A stretch of DNA of 64,000 nucleotides, from positions 24,415-88,414 of the forward strand of contig VFKC01000025.1 of NCBI GenBank assembly GCA_009885745.1, written 5' to 3'. The notes under the pieces were generated by a model. It had not been told where the DNA came from, did not search any database, and saw only the letters and a list, made by a program, of their open reading frames with translations. Shown here one piece after another: positions 20,753 through 30,434 of this stretch; within the stretch, counting starts at the first letter, position 1, and each line of letters starts with the position of its first letter. The position numbers and the translations under genes are program-made. This stretch comes from Actinomycetota bacterium (GTDB taxonomy: Bacteria; Actinomycetota; Actinomycetes; S36-B12; UBA5976).

Positions 20753-21977
20753 TGCTTGGCCAGATTGCTTCGCTCAGCACTGGCGCGATTTTTTCGCATT
20801 GCCATGGTCGTACTTGCATCTCTAGGAGTTGATTCTCTAGATCCTGCGGACTCAACGGTGGCTCCCACAGAATTCTTCTAACCGCATCAGGGGTAATCAG
20901 ATTCTCCTGTGGAACATTAATCTCTTCGGCAATCGCGCTTATCACTGTGCGGGCAAACTCTAGGCGCTTCCAGGCTGATGGATTTCTCATCTGCCAATTG
21001 CGTGGCGCTGGTGGACCATCTTGGGAAAGCTTGGCTGCTGGATATTCAGAGGTGGGCAATTTCAGCGCGATTTGGGCCGCATTGATCCATCGATCGCTGT
21101 ACTTCTTCACCTGTCGGGTTCGCAGAGCGGGCAACTCGGAAAGTTTCTCGGCATATTCATGCGCATCTGTGGCGATAGACACAATTGCCGTATCTGGCAA
21201 TAATCTGCCTGGCGCAAGATCAATCTCTCGTGCTAGTTCATCGCGCGCTAACCAGAGTTGCCGCACGATTGCTAACTCAGCCGACTTTTTCAAAGCATGC
21301 ATACCAGAGGTACGTCGCCAAGGGTCCACGCGTTCAACGGGTTTAGTTGTTCTGCGCACATGTTCAAACTCTTGTAGCGCCCATTCGTACTTTCCGGCTT
21401 CCTCAAGGGCTAGGCGCATAACACCCCAAAGCTCAATTAGAAATTCAACATCAAGAGCTGCATACACAAGCCAGGATTCCGGCAATGGCCTTGTTGACCA
21501 ATCCGCGGCGCTGTGTTCCTTAGCCAAGTGAAAGCCCAGTTGCGCTTCGATAAGCGTTCCTAATGAGACTTTAGGAAAACCTAGGATGCGTCCAGCCAAT
21601 TCTGTGTCGTAGAGATTTGCTGTAGGCACAAGCCCAGCATGCGCCAGACAGACGAGGTCTTGGGAAGCGGCATGCAGAATCCAATCAACACCAACAAGTG
21701 CATCTTGCAATTCCGACATTCTGGTGATGCCTGTGGGGTCGATCAAATGTGTGCCAGAGCCTTCACGGCGAATTTGAATGAGGTACGCACGTTGACTGTA
21801 TCTAAAACCGCTTGCGCGCTCAGTATCAAGAGCAACCGGTCCGGTGCCAGCCGACAATAACTGGATTGCCTGCGCTAGACCTTCATCGGTCTCGATAACC
21901 GCACCTAGACCATCACGTGGGTGCGTTACTGGCGTGCTGGTTGGTTCGTCTTCTACTTCTTGCATGTCTGAATTCAT
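20745..21977 (-). CDS. rnd: ribonuclease D-like 3'-5' exonuclease with HRDC domain
   Basis: DEDD exonuclease blocks 'VALDTERASGFRY', 'LHAASQDL', 'YAALDVEFL', then an HRDC-like region. Start at M42 (MNSDMQ..., 21977) lies 2 nt after the upstream gene's stop. The 3' end overlaps dxs by 8 nt. Confidence 0.85.
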   Translation of the reverse strand: MNSDMQEVEDEPTSTPVTHPRDGLGAVIETDEGLAQAIQLLSAGTGPVALDTERASGFRYSQRAYLIQIRREGSGTHLIDPTGITRMSELQDALVGVDWILHAASQDLVCLAHAGLVPTANLYDTELAGRILGFPKVSLGTLIEAQLGFHLAKEHSAADWSTRPLPESWLVYAALDVEFLIELWGVMRLALEEAGKYEWALQEFEHVRRTTKPVERVDPWRRTSGMHALKKSAELAIVRQLWLARDELAREIDLAPGRLLPDTAIVSIATDAHEYAEKLSELPALRTRQVKKYSDRWINAAQIALKLPTSEYPAAKLSQDGPPAPRNWQMRNPSAWKRLEFARTVISAIAEEINVPQENLITPDAVRRILWEPPLSPQDLENQLLEMQVRPWQCEKIAPVLSEAIWPSIK

Positions 21978-21979
21978 AC

Positions 21980-22552
21980 TTATTGGACACGACCGATAGC
22001 TGTTATTCCTTGGGGCAGAGGTATCAATCCCGCACAAATTTCCAGCAGCGCTAACCATGCCTGAAGATGCGGACCTAAATCGAAACTTTCTGGAGTCCAA
22101 GAAGCTCGAAGTTCTAACTCGGTTTGTTTAGGGCGGTCCTCTAAACCTGCAAATGAGCGGGAAACAGTTCGTGTTACGGTGCCTGAGATGTTGTGATGAT
22201 TCGCTTTGAAATCCGAAAGCGTTTCAGTCAACCACGACCAAGCAACCTCATCAAATATTTCATCGTTTACGACATCAGCTTCTATCGATGCCTTAACAAA
22301 AGAAACAATTCGAAAGTTACCATCCCAAGTTTCTTGACCCTCGGGATCGTGCAACACAACAAATCGCCCGTTAGCGAGATCTTCATCATTTGGACCAACT
22401 GCATCTGCAGCAAGTGCCGCACTGTGTGGCGCTAATCGCGCTGGTGCAGGTACTTCCTCAATTTCAATTTCGGGCCGGATCCCTGAAATTTTTAGACTTG
22501 CAACTGCTTGATCCCAAATCGAATCGTTAGAGGAGGAGTTGCTGGGGAACAT
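21980..22552 (-). CDS. DUF3000-like protein
   Basis: 190-aa soluble protein immediately upstream of rnd, the conserved actinobacterial partner position. The family name is from memory and no motif was verified. Confidence 0.5.
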   Translation of the reverse strand: MFPSNSSSNDSIWDQAVASLKISGIRPEIEIEEVPAPARLAPHSAALAADAVGPNDEDLANGRFVVLHDPEGQETWDGNFRIVSFVKASIEADVVNDEIFDEVAWSWLTETLSDFKANHHNISGTVTRTVSRSFAGLEDRPKQTELELRASWTPESFDLGPHLQAWLALLEICAGLIPLPQGITAIGRVQ

Positions 22553-22610
22553 GTGTCCACTCTAATTTCAAATCTAAGAGCCAAGCACTTGGCGCGCCGT
22601 ACAGTAGCCT

Positions 22611-23447
22611 GTGAGGATGTCGGCGATACTTGCTCTGCTCTCCAGTGTGGTCTGGGGGACATCTGATTTTTTTGGTGGAACTCTTGCGCGCAAGCGGCCA
22701 CCGATTGCAGTTATTGGCGGCTCCCAGCCTTTTGGGTTAATTCTTGTTGCGCTAATCGCTGTGATGTTTGGTCAATGGAAAATGCAGGCGGATGTTCTCG
22801 TCTACGGCGCCGTATCTGGAGCGATCGGGCTCGTAGGACTCATGTGTTTTTATGCGGCCCTAGCATCAGGTCGAATGGGGATAGTCTCACCGATTGCATC
22901 AATGGGAGTGGTGATTCCCTTATTCATTGGACTAGCCAAGGGAGAAAACCTATCTAAACTTGAAGTGTTCGGCGTAGCTATCGCCATACTCGGCTTGGTT
23001 TTAGCCAGTGGTCCAGAACTTAGCGGAGGCGCTCCAGCCAAACCCGTCATACTTGCTTTGTCAGCTGCGTTGACCTTTGGCGTGGCAATCTATTTCATGG
23101 CTCTTGGCGGAACGATAAATCCAACAATGACCATCGTAGTGATGCGTGTTGTGCAGGTTTCAATCGTGTTGGTTGTTGCTCTTAGCGTGCGCCACATAGG
23201 GGGTCTCGCACGCAACGACATCCCGACACTAATACTCATTGGAACAACGGATGCCGCAGCAAACCTCCTGTTTGCCACCGCAGCGGCAATCGGTTTGCTT
23301 TCAATTACCTCGGTGTTAGGTTCTTTGTTCCCAGTCGTTACCGTGATACTCGCCTGGTGGATTCATAAAGAACGGCTCGCCGCGATTCAATATTGTGGAA
23401 TTCTCGCCACAATGATCGGCGTGCTATCAATTACTTTTGGTCGTTAG
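22611..23447 (+). CDS. EamA/DMT-family transporter
   Basis: About 10 hydrophobic helices arranged as two EamA-like halves. N-terminus 'LALLSSVVWGTSDFFGG'. Confidence 0.75.
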   Translation: MRMSAILALLSSVVWGTSDFFGGTLARKRPPIAVIGGSQPFGLILVALIAVMFGQWKMQADVLVYGAVSGAIGLVGLMCFYAALASGRMGIVSPIASMGVVIPLFIGLAKGENLSKLEVFGVAIAILGLVLASGPELSGGAPAKPVILALSAALTFGVAIYFMALGGTINPTMTIVVMRVVQVSIVLVVALSVRHIGGLARNDIPTLILIGTTDAAANLLFATAAAIGLLSITSVLGSLFPVVTVILAWWIHKERLAAIQYCGILATMIGVLSITFGR

Positions 23448-23841
23448 TCTCAGCTAAAACTAAACAAACTGAATTGATACAAAATCTCTGATCAGTTGGT
23501 GTGTCATAACCTTCGCCGTGGAAAACATGTCCTAAGTGTGAATCGCAATTAGCGCAGCGAACTTCGGTACGCGCCACTCCAAGAGACCGATCCTCGAGCA
23601 GGACAACCGCATCGCGTTCAGATGGTTCGTAAAATGATGGCCAGCCACATCCAGAGTGAAACTTTGTCTTAGACGTGAACAGAGCAGTACCGCAGGCTCG
23701 ACAAGAGTATGTGCCATTGGTTTCAGTATCGGTGTACTCACCTGAAAACGCAGGCTCCGTGCCGTTCTTTCTTAATACAGAAAACTCAAGGGGAGTTAAT
23801 TGCGACATCCACTGCTCGTCGGTCTTTTCATACGCATTCAT
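23431..23841 (-). CDS. msrB: peptide-methionine (R)-S-oxide reductase
   Basis: 'YSCRACGTALF', 'GCGWPSF', 'EVRCANCDSHLGHVF', 'RFCINS'. Confidence 0.93.
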   Translation of the reverse strand: MNAYEKTDEQWMSQLTPLEFSVLRKNGTEPAFSGEYTDTETNGTYSCRACGTALFTSKTKFHSGCGWPSFYEPSERDAVVLLEDRSLGVARTEVRCANCDSHLGHVFHGEGYDTPTDQRFCINSVCLVLAETNDQK

Positions 23842-24581
23842 AATTCGACACTATTGGTTTTGCTGGAATTCGGCGACCTGATAAATCGAGTGAACATATG
23901 GTCATTTTCCCGAAGTACACTCGTGCATAGCCACTTCGTATGCGAGGTGCCAAGAGCAGGCCGAGTCGGGAGCTCACCGCTAATTTCGGGTGCATAAGTT
24001 ATGTCCATCTCATCGATTAAGGCATCTTTTTGCAGCAGTGCAATTAATGACGGACCCCCCTCGCAAACGATGTTGTGAAACTGCAATTCGCGAAGTGAAT
24101 CACTTATCTTTTGCCCAGTTATGGGTCCATCGAGAATCACTATTTCGGCTAAATCTGCGATTCGGTCAAGATTTTCATTCCAACTTTTACCTTGGTCGAT
24201 CTGGGTTATGACAATTGGTTTGTCATCGCAGTTTTGAAACATCTTCAAGTTCACGGACAAATCAAGAGATTTACTCACTACGCATAGCGTGGGTGCTTTT
24301 TGAGAGAAATTTAGATGCTCTTTCCTCAATCTAGGTATTGGATAATTTTCCTTGCGAGCAGTCGCGGCTCCGATTAGCACCACATCTGAGATGGCTCGCA
24401 ACATCAGGAGCAAGCGGAGGTCAGCCTCACAAGATAACCCGCGAGATGAATCTAAAGAATCGACAAAATTGCCATCAAGGGTGAGCACCATGTTCGTGCG
24501 TATCCACGAGTTTCGCTCACCCAGATATAACCTACGCAATGCTGCTGGAGACTTGTCACTTATCTCATTGACCATGCCCAT
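23838..24581 (-). CDS. RibD C-terminal domain / dihydrofolate-reductase-like pyrimidine reductase family protein
   Basis: 'NMVLTLDGNF', 'VVLIGAATARKENY', 'IVCEGGPSLIALL' resemble the RibD_C reductase fold. Its stop overlaps the msrB start (ATGA). Confidence 0.65.
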   Translation of the reverse strand: MGMVNEISDKSPAALRRLYLGERNSWIRTNMVLTLDGNFVDSLDSSRGLSCEADLRLLLMLRAISDVVLIGAATARKENYPIPRLRKEHLNFSQKAPTLCVVSKSLDLSVNLKMFQNCDDKPIVITQIDQGKSWNENLDRIADLAEIVILDGPITGQKISDSLRELQFHNIVCEGGPSLIALLQKDALIDEMDITYAPEISGELPTRPALGTSHTKWLCTSVLRENDHMFTRFIRSPNSSKTNSVEL

Positions 24582-24610
24582 ATTCTGCCACGTGTCCTAG
24601 TCTTAGACAT

Positions 24611-25600
24611 GTGCAATCACTCTCACAACGTTTTCCAGTCATATCGGCTGTGTCCATAGTCGAACAATTCGTCCCGCCACCGCGTTTTGCACATGCCCAA
24701 TTAGGCAATTACATCCCAGATCCAAATGAATTTTCGCAGTCGGAGGCGGTCTTAGCTGTAACTAAATTTTCTGAACCTGTCCAAGTCAAACGCAAATGGC
24801 CTTTCGGTAAGAGAACAGAATTAATCCAATCCGGAATCTACTTAGATGGGGGATACGGAGTTGGAAAGACACATCTGCTTGCCGGGCTGTTTTATGCACA
24901 ACTTGGCCGAGCCACTTTCGCGAGTTTTGTGGAGTACACGAACCTAGTTGGTGCCTTAGGTTTCGCGAAGAGCATTGACCTATTGGCTAAGTATGATTTG
25001 GTGTGCATTGACGAATTTGAATTGGACGACCCTGGCGATACGGTACTTATCAGTTCGCTTCTGCATCGCCTTGTTGATCAGGGCGTAAGAGTTGCGGCAA
25101 CGAGTAACACCCTGCCAGATCGATTAGGTGAGGGTCGATTCGCAGCCGATGATTTCGTCCGCGAGATTCAGGGGCTCAAGGAACATTTCCAAATTTTGCG
25201 AATTGATGGACCCGACTATCGACATCGAGAGAATCTAAGTCCAGCTGACGCGCTTTCCTGGCAGGAAGTTACAGCTGCACATTTGGCGACTGCCTCAAGC
25301 ACTCTTGATGAAGCGCAAGTTCTTCAAGAACATCTGAGTAAAATTCACCCGAGTAGTTACGGCGCAATGGTCGCTGGTGTCTCAAGGGTCTTTATTCAAG
25401 GCCTTATTCCGATTGCGCATCAAGCAGACGCCCTACGTTGGGTTGTATTAATCGACCGTTTGTATGACCGCAATGTGCCGGTTAGCTTTTCAGGTTGCGC
25501 TCTCACTGATATCTTTACCCCCGAAATGTTAAAGGGTGGTTACCGAAAAAAATATCTCAGAGCTATTTCGAGACTGTCAGCACTCAGCCGAGAGGTTTAG
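24611..25600 (+). CDS. zapE: cell division protein ZapE / AFG1-like ATPase
   Basis: Walker A 'LDGGYGVGKTHLL', Walker B 'LVCIDEFELDDPGD', 'ATSNTLPDRL'. Confidence 0.8.
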   Translation: MQSLSQRFPVISAVSIVEQFVPPPRFAHAQLGNYIPDPNEFSQSEAVLAVTKFSEPVQVKRKWPFGKRTELIQSGIYLDGGYGVGKTHLLAGLFYAQLGRATFASFVEYTNLVGALGFAKSIDLLAKYDLVCIDEFELDDPGDTVLISSLLHRLVDQGVRVAATSNTLPDRLGEGRFAADDFVREIQGLKEHFQILRIDGPDYRHRENLSPADALSWQEVTAAHLATASSTLDEAQVLQEHLSKIHPSSYGAMVAGVSRVFIQGLIPIAHQADALRWVVLIDRLYDRNVPVSFSGCALTDIFTPEMLKGGYRKKYLRAISRLSALSREV

Positions 25601-25615
25601 GTTTATCTACTTCGG

Positions 25616-25689
25616 TGGTCGATACAGGACTCGAACCTGTGACCTCTTCCATGTCAAGGAAGCGCGCTAACCAACTGCGCCAATCGACC
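25616..25689 (-). tRNA. tRNA-Val (anticodon GAC)
   Basis: The reverse complement GGTCGATTGGCGCAGTTGGTTAGCGCGCTTCCTTGACATGGAAGAGGTCACAGGTTCGAGTCCTGTATCGACCA folds as a cloverleaf. The anticodon loop is TTGACAT. CCA is not encoded. Confidence 0.9.
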
Positions 25690-25707
25690 GATGCCATTTA
25701 GGACTTG

Positions 25708-25778
25708 AGGTGGAGACGGGATTTGAACCCGTGTACAGGGATTTGCAATCCCTTGCCTCGCCTCTCGGCCACTCCACC
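25708..25778 (-). tRNA. tRNA-Cys (anticodon GCA)
   Basis: Reverse complement GGTGGAGTGGCCGAGAGGCGAGGCAAGGGATTGCAAATCCCTGTACACGGGTTCAAATCCCGTCTCCACCT. The anticodon loop is TTGCAAA. Confidence 0.9.
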
Positions 25779-25804
25779 GGGGTGACTCCTTGCGAGCCCT
25801 TCCG

Positions 25805-25876
25805 AGCGGATGACGGGATTCGAACCCGCGACCCTCACCTTGGCAAGGTGATGCTCTACCACTGAGCCACATCCGC
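25805..25876 (-). tRNA. tRNA-Gly (anticodon GCC)
   Basis: Reverse complement GCGGATGTGGCTCAGTGGTAGAGCATCACCTTGCCAAGGTGAGGGTCGCGGGTTCGAATCCCGTCATCCGCT. The anticodon loop is TTGCCAA. It is the first gene of a Gly-Cys-Val cluster with 26- and 18-nt spacers. Confidence 0.9.
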
Positions 25877-25995
25877 AAACAAGTCTTTCAACCTGACTCC
25901 GATACCTTAGCCGATTTTGGTGCGCATTTCCAAGTCAGTTAATAAATCACATCATGAGATGCACGTGAACGGGGAATTGTTCGTAGGGTTGTCCT

Positions 25996-27042
25996 ATGAC
26001 GAGCGTTGCTGCGACGGTGATTTTTGGTAATCAGATTGCCACCGACTTAGTTGATGTTTCCAGCGATCCTGCTTGTCTTGATACTGCCGGATGGTGGGCT
26101 GTAGTCAAAACCTTCGAAGGTGACTTTCAGGCATTTAGATTCGCAAATGTTCGCGAAATCGACACAGTGCAGACCGATTGTGGCTTTCATCGCGCTATCG
26201 CGAAAGATTCATGGTCTTCATCTTTGTCTTCTGCGCAGTATCAAGAAGCAGTCCAAACTGTGCGAGAAAGCATCGCTGATGGCTGGGTTTATCAGACAAA
26301 CCTGTGTCTCATCATGAGCTCAATTCTAAAGGATGGATTTAATCCGTTGGCGCTATGGAAGTTGCTTTCAGAAAATAATCCCGCGCCGTACCTGAGTGCT
26401 TTTAACATCCCGGCCAGCGAAACAGGCCTTGGCGTCGATGTGAAAATTGCGAGTGCATCCCCAGAACTATTTCTAAGAAGGCGCGGTGCGATGTTGTTGA
26501 CCAGCCCGATAAAGGGAACAGCAACTAATGCCGACTCGCTGATGGACAAGGATGCGACTGAGAATGTGATGATTGTGGATTTGATGCGCAATGATCTGTC
26601 CAGAATTTGTCAACCAGGCAGCATCGGTGTGCCTGAGATTTTGCGCGTTGAACAACATCCAGGCCTGGTCCATTTGGTTTCAGATGTTCAGGGCAATCTG
26701 CGTGATGGAACTTCTTGGCCTGAGATTTTGAGCAATACGACCCCGGCTGGTTCGGTTAGCGGGGCACCTAAGTCAAGCGCGATTGATGTCATTGCACGAG
26801 TAGAAGCGGTAGAGCGAGAAATCTACTGTGGCGTCTTGGGATGGGTGAACGCTGATGAACAGACTGCAGACTTAGCGGTCGCGATTAGGACATTTTGGCA
26901 AGGTAAAACCGATGGAAAGGAATCTCTCAAATTTGGTACAGGTGCGGGTATCACATGGGGTAGCGATCCGCTTGGCGAATGGCAGGAGACTCAACTGAAG
27001 GCCCTGAGGCTAATGAGCGTCGCCGCCATGACCACAGCCTAA
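25996..27042 (+). CDS. chorismate-binding enzyme, aminodeoxychorismate synthase component I-like (short form)
   Basis: 'SASPELFL', 'SPIKGT', 'MIVDLMRNDLSR', 'SGAPK', 'YCGVLGW', 'GTGAGITWGSDP' are TrpE/PabB family blocks. The PabB assignment is inferred from the adjacent class IV aminotransferase. Confidence 0.75.
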   Translation: MTSVAATVIFGNQIATDLVDVSSDPACLDTAGWWAVVKTFEGDFQAFRFANVREIDTVQTDCGFHRAIAKDSWSSSLSSAQYQEAVQTVRESIADGWVYQTNLCLIMSSILKDGFNPLALWKLLSENNPAPYLSAFNIPASETGLGVDVKIASASPELFLRRRGAMLLTSPIKGTATNADSLMDKDATENVMIVDLMRNDLSRICQPGSIGVPEILRVEQHPGLVHLVSDVQGNLRDGTSWPEILSNTTPAGSVSGAPKSSAIDVIARVEAVEREIYCGVLGWVNADEQTADLAVAIRTFWQGKTDGKESLKFGTGAGITWGSDPLGEWQETQLKALRLMSVAAMTTA

Positions 27043-27051
27043 GGTGGATTT

Positions 27052-27915
27052 ATGTATTTTTATTTAAATGGTGAGATTCTTGAATCTCACCAAGCCAAGG
27101 TTAGTGTCTTGGACCACGGTTTCACTGTTGGTGATGGGGTTTTTGAAACTATAAAAATCACAAATGGAAAATGTTTTGCGCTTGAGCGCCATCTTGTTCG
27201 ACTCAAAAATTCTGCAAACGGAATGGGCTTAATCTGTCCAGACATTGATCGCATACGAGATGCCGTAACGCAAACGCTGGCCGCAAATGAGCCTTTACCA
27301 CTTGGTCGACTGCGAATTACGTTAACAAGCGGTGATGGACCACTTGGCTCGGATCGAGTAAATGGCCTACCTACATTGGCTGTCACACTAGCTCCACAAA
27401 ATGAATGGCCCGCGTTTACTTCCGCAGTGTTAGTACCTTGGGTCAAGAATGAACGATCGAGTTTGGTCGGCCTTAAAACAACCTCGTACGGAGAGAATGT
27501 TGTTGCTCTGGATTTGGCACATAAGTTGGATTTTTCCGAGGCTCTTCAATGTGATACCCAGGGAAGGTTGAGTGAGGGCACTGGTTCAAACATTTTCCTT
27601 GTTAATCACGGGGAACTTTTTACGCCAGCCTTATCTGCTGGTCTACTGGCCGGAATCACTCGCGATCTAGTGATAGAGATTGCATCCGAACTAGGTTTGG
27701 TAATACACATTAAAGACTTAGATGTTGAATTCTTATTCAACGCGCATGAGTTATTTCTAACATCATCAACGCGTGATGTTCATCCGATTTCACGACTTGG
27801 TAAAACTGATGCACATGGCAATCTCTCAGTTGACATTTCTTTAGATACCCATGTTGTAACCGACAAAGTAGCAAAAGCATTCGCAATGCTGATGCCCCAA
27901 GCTAAGGAAGTTTGA
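27052..27915 (+). CDS. class IV aminotransferase (aminodeoxychorismate lyase / branched-chain aminotransferase fold)
   Basis: 'VSVLDHGFTVGDGVFETIK', 'HLVRLKNSA', 'LKTTSY.ENV', 'GTGSNIFLV', 'GITR'. PabC versus IlvE cannot be resolved by eye. Confidence 0.75.
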   Translation: MYFYLNGEILESHQAKVSVLDHGFTVGDGVFETIKITNGKCFALERHLVRLKNSANGMGLICPDIDRIRDAVTQTLAANEPLPLGRLRITLTSGDGPLGSDRVNGLPTLAVTLAPQNEWPAFTSAVLVPWVKNERSSLVGLKTTSYGENVVALDLAHKLDFSEALQCDTQGRLSEGTGSNIFLVNHGELFTPALSAGLLAGITRDLVIEIASELGLVIHIKDLDVEFLFNAHELFLTSSTRDVHPISRLGKTDAHGNLSVDISLDTHVVTDKVAKAFAMLMPQAKEV

Positions 27916-27922
27916 GCACACT

Positions 27923-28303
27923 GTGTTTAAACGGATTAAAGCACTCTTTATCCAGTCATCGGGGCACTATGACAAATACCGAGGTAAAGCACGCAACCAC
28001 AAGTCTCTCGACATTGTCTGGAAATTCGGTGTGCTCATCATCGGAACGACAGTCACACTCGTTGGCGTTGTGTTCCTGGTAATCCCCGGTCCAGGTTGGC
28101 CAGTCATAATAATCGGATTGCTTTTGCTGGCCACAGAATTCCAATGGGCCGCAAAATCGTTGGAGCCAGTTCAACGACTAGCTTCAAGATTCAATGAGTC
28201 CTATAAAGCTCGAACATCACAAAGAACCCGGACCGTAATTTTAGTCGTCATCATAATGCTCTCGACATTGAGCGTATTTATTGCTTTTGCGTGGTCACGT
28301 TGA
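27923..28303 (+). CDS. PGPGW-motif small membrane protein
   Basis: 'VIPGPGWPVIIIGLLLLATEFQWA' motif with flanking TM helices. Confidence 0.65.
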   Translation: MFKRIKALFIQSSGHYDKYRGKARNHKSLDIVWKFGVLIIGTTVTLVGVVFLVIPGPGWPVIIIGLLLLATEFQWAAKSLEPVQRLASRFNESYKARTSQRTRTVILVVIIMLSTLSVFIAFAWSR

Positions 28304-28425
28304 TTACTCGGCTAGCAGGTACTCACTGATGTCTTTACTAACAGCAGATACGAGATCTCGCTGAGATACACTTAGGGAGTGCCATTGCGTAGCTGGTCAT
28401 GTAAATCTTTCAAAGGAAACATCAA

Positions 28426-30432
28426 ATGCTGGTAGTCCTAGTAGGAACTGAGAAAGTTCCTACCGAAATTGAGACTGGCGCTAATGCCTACGATGTGGTG
28501 GGCGACAAGGCACGTCAGGTAGTCGTTGCCCGCGTAAATGGGCAAATTGTTGATTTAAGCCATGTACTAACAGATCAGGATCATGTTGAACCTGTCTTGA
28601 TTACCGAGCCTGAGGGTTTGAATGTTCTGCGGCATAGTGTCGCGCATGTCGTTGCGCAGGCAACTCAGGCACTTTTCCCCAATACAAAACTTGGCATAGG
28701 ACCTCCGATAAAGGATGGTTTCTTTTATGATTTTGGCACTGAAACTCCATTCACTCCAGAAGATTTGAATGCAATCGAAAAAAAGACAATTGACATTATC
28801 CAATCAGGACAGAAATTTTCTCGGCGTGTTACAACCCGTGAAGTAGCAAAACAAGAATTGAGCGAAGAAACCTACAAACTGCAGTTGCTAGGTGCGAATG
28901 AGGATGCGCAGATAATCGCCCAAGACGTGATGGAAGTCGGTGGTGGTGAACTAACCATTTATGACAACATTGATTTGAGAAGTGGCGAGCATCGCTGGTG
29001 CGATTTGTGTCGCGGTCCACATGTTCCTGATACCCGATACATAGACGCCAAAGCAATCAAATTGATGAGAACCTCAGCTGCTTACTGGCTTGGCGATCAG
29101 CGAAATGATTCAATGCAAAGAATTTATGGCACAGCCTGGCCCACAAAGGACGGTTTGAAGAGTTATCTTCACATGCTCGAAGAGGCCGAAAAGCGTGACC
29201 ACCGGCGTTTAGGTATAGATCTTGATTTATTCTCATTTCCGGATGAAATTGGATCTGGTCTCGCGATCTTTCATCCAAAGGGTGGGGTGATTCGTCGCGC
29301 AATGGAAGATTACTCCAGAGTTCGCCATGAAAATGCCGGATATGAATTTGTTTACACGCCACACATCACCAAAAGTTCGCTGTTCGAAACTTCTGGTCAC
29401 CTTGATTGGTACAGGGATGGCATGTTCCCGCCAATGCACCTAGACGAAGAGCTGCACGAAGATGGCACGGTTAAGCGCCAAGGGCAGGATTATTACCTCA
29501 AGCCGATGAACTGTCCTTTTCATAACCTTATTTTCAAGTCACGTGGACGCTCATATAGGGAATTACCAATTCGGCTATTTGAGTTTGGATCTGTCTATCG
29601 CTACGAACGATCTGGTGTTGTGCATGGATTGACCCGAGTGCGAGGTATGACACAAGATGATGCTCATATTTATTGCACCCCTGAACAGATGCCGACCGAG
29701 TTGGGTAACTTGCTCGGATTTGTGCTTGATCTACTTCGTGATTACGGGCTGGAAGATTTTTACCTAGAACTCTCAACGCGAAATCCGGACAAATCCATCG
29801 GCACGGATGCCGAGTGGGATCAGGCCACTTCGGCACTTGAGTTAGCCGCGGCAGTTTCTGGTCTGGATCTGGTACCAGACCCGGGCGGAGCTGCCTTCTA
29901 CGGACCAAAGATTTCAGTACAAGCGCGCGATGCAATCGGTCGAACCTGGCAAATGTCCACAATTCAGGTGGATTTCCAATTACCTCAACGTTTTGAACTC
30001 GAGTATCAGGCTGCAGATGGAAATCGCGCGCAACCGATCATGATTCATCGCGCACTTTTTGGATCTATTGAGCGCTTCTTTGGTGTGTTGCTAGAACATT
30101 ATGCTGGCGCGTTTCCTCCCTGGCTTGCACCAGTCCAAGTTATCGGTATTCCGGTGGCGAGTGCACACAATGATTATCTAGACAACATCGCAAGTCGGCT
30201 TCGCGCCAGTGGAATACGCGTTGAGGTTGACACAAGTGACGAGCGCATGCAGAAAAAGATTCGGACCGCGCAGACGCAAAAGGTACCGTTTATGCTGATA
30301 GCCGGCGACGACGACATTGCCGTTGGTGCAGTTTCATTCAGGTTCAGAGATGGCACCCAAGACAATGGTGTTCCCATAGATGAAGCGCTGGCAAAGATAA
30401 TCGACATCGTCAACACAAAGGTCCAGATTTAA
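28426..30432 (+). CDS. thrS: threonine--tRNA ligase
   Basis: 668 aa. TGS-like N-terminus, editing-domain '[10 protein letters not shown]', class II core '[30 protein letters not shown]', and an anticodon-binding C-terminus. Confidence 0.95.
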   Translation: MLVVLVGTEKVPTEIETGANAYDVVGDKARQVVVARVNGQIVDLSHVLTDQDHVEPVLITEPEGLNVLRHSVAHVVAQATQALFPNTKLGIGPPIKDGFFYDFGTETPFTPEDLNAIEKKTIDIIQSGQKFSRRVTTREVAKQELSEETYKLQLLGANEDAQIIAQDVMEVGGGELTIYDNIDLRSGEHRWCDLCRGPHVPDTRYIDAKAIKLMRTSAAYWLGDQRNDSMQRIYGTAWPTKDGLKSYLHMLEEAEKRDHRRLGIDLDLFSFPDEIGSGLAIFHPKGGVIRRAMEDYSRVRHENAGYEFVYTPHITKSSLFETSGHLDWYRDGMFPPMHLDEELHEDGTVKRQGQDYYLKPMNCPFHNLIFKSRGRSYRELPIRLFEFGSVYRYERSGVVHGLTRVRGMTQDDAHIYCTPEQMPTELGNLLGFVLDLLRDYGLEDFYLELSTRNPDKSIGTDAEWDQATSALELAAAVSGLDLVPDPGGAAFYGPKISVQARDAIGRTWQMSTIQVDFQLPQRFELEYQAADGNRAQPIMIHRALFGSIERFFGVLLEHYAGAFPPWLAPVQVIGIPVASAHNDYLDNIASRLRASGIRVEVDTSDERMQKKIRTAQTQKVPFMLIAGDDDIAVGAVSFRFRDGTQDNGVPIDEALAKIIDIVNTKVQI

Positions 30433-30434
30433 TC

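Noticed and set aside
20947-21531. Long antisense ORFs: 194 aa here, plus 11939-12523, 49086-49559, 3716-4144, 29534-29962, 35906-36319, 55113-55511 and 56123-56563
   Set aside because: Each lies antisense to a gene with strong family motifs (rnd, trkA, hisS, parC, thrS, pdxS, alaS/ruvX, mltG). Their translations are low-complexity, Arg/Ser/Ala-rich and carry no recognisable motifs. Stop-poor antisense frames like this are typical.
22581-22598. Small inverted repeat CCAAG-CA-CTTGG overlapping the palindrome GGCGCGCC in the divergent DUF3000/EamA promoter region
   Set aside because: These are short palindromes with no repeated copy elsewhere in the window. The evidence is insufficient for an operator call.
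25654-25878. 74-aa ORF on the minus strand in the ORF track
   Set aside because: It lies entirely over the three tRNA genes (Gly-Cys-Val). Its 'protein' is just the tRNA sequences translated, so it is an artefact.
28304-28425. thrS leader: possible T-box, an 11-codon mini-ORF (28329-28364, MSLLTADTRSR), a 10-bp palindrome CGAGATCTCG (28351-28360) flanked by AGATAC repeats
   Set aside because: At 122 nt it is too short for a T-box and I saw no specifier/T-box consensus. The mini-ORF has only two Thr codons and no obvious attenuator hairpins. The palindrome is short enough to occur by chance.
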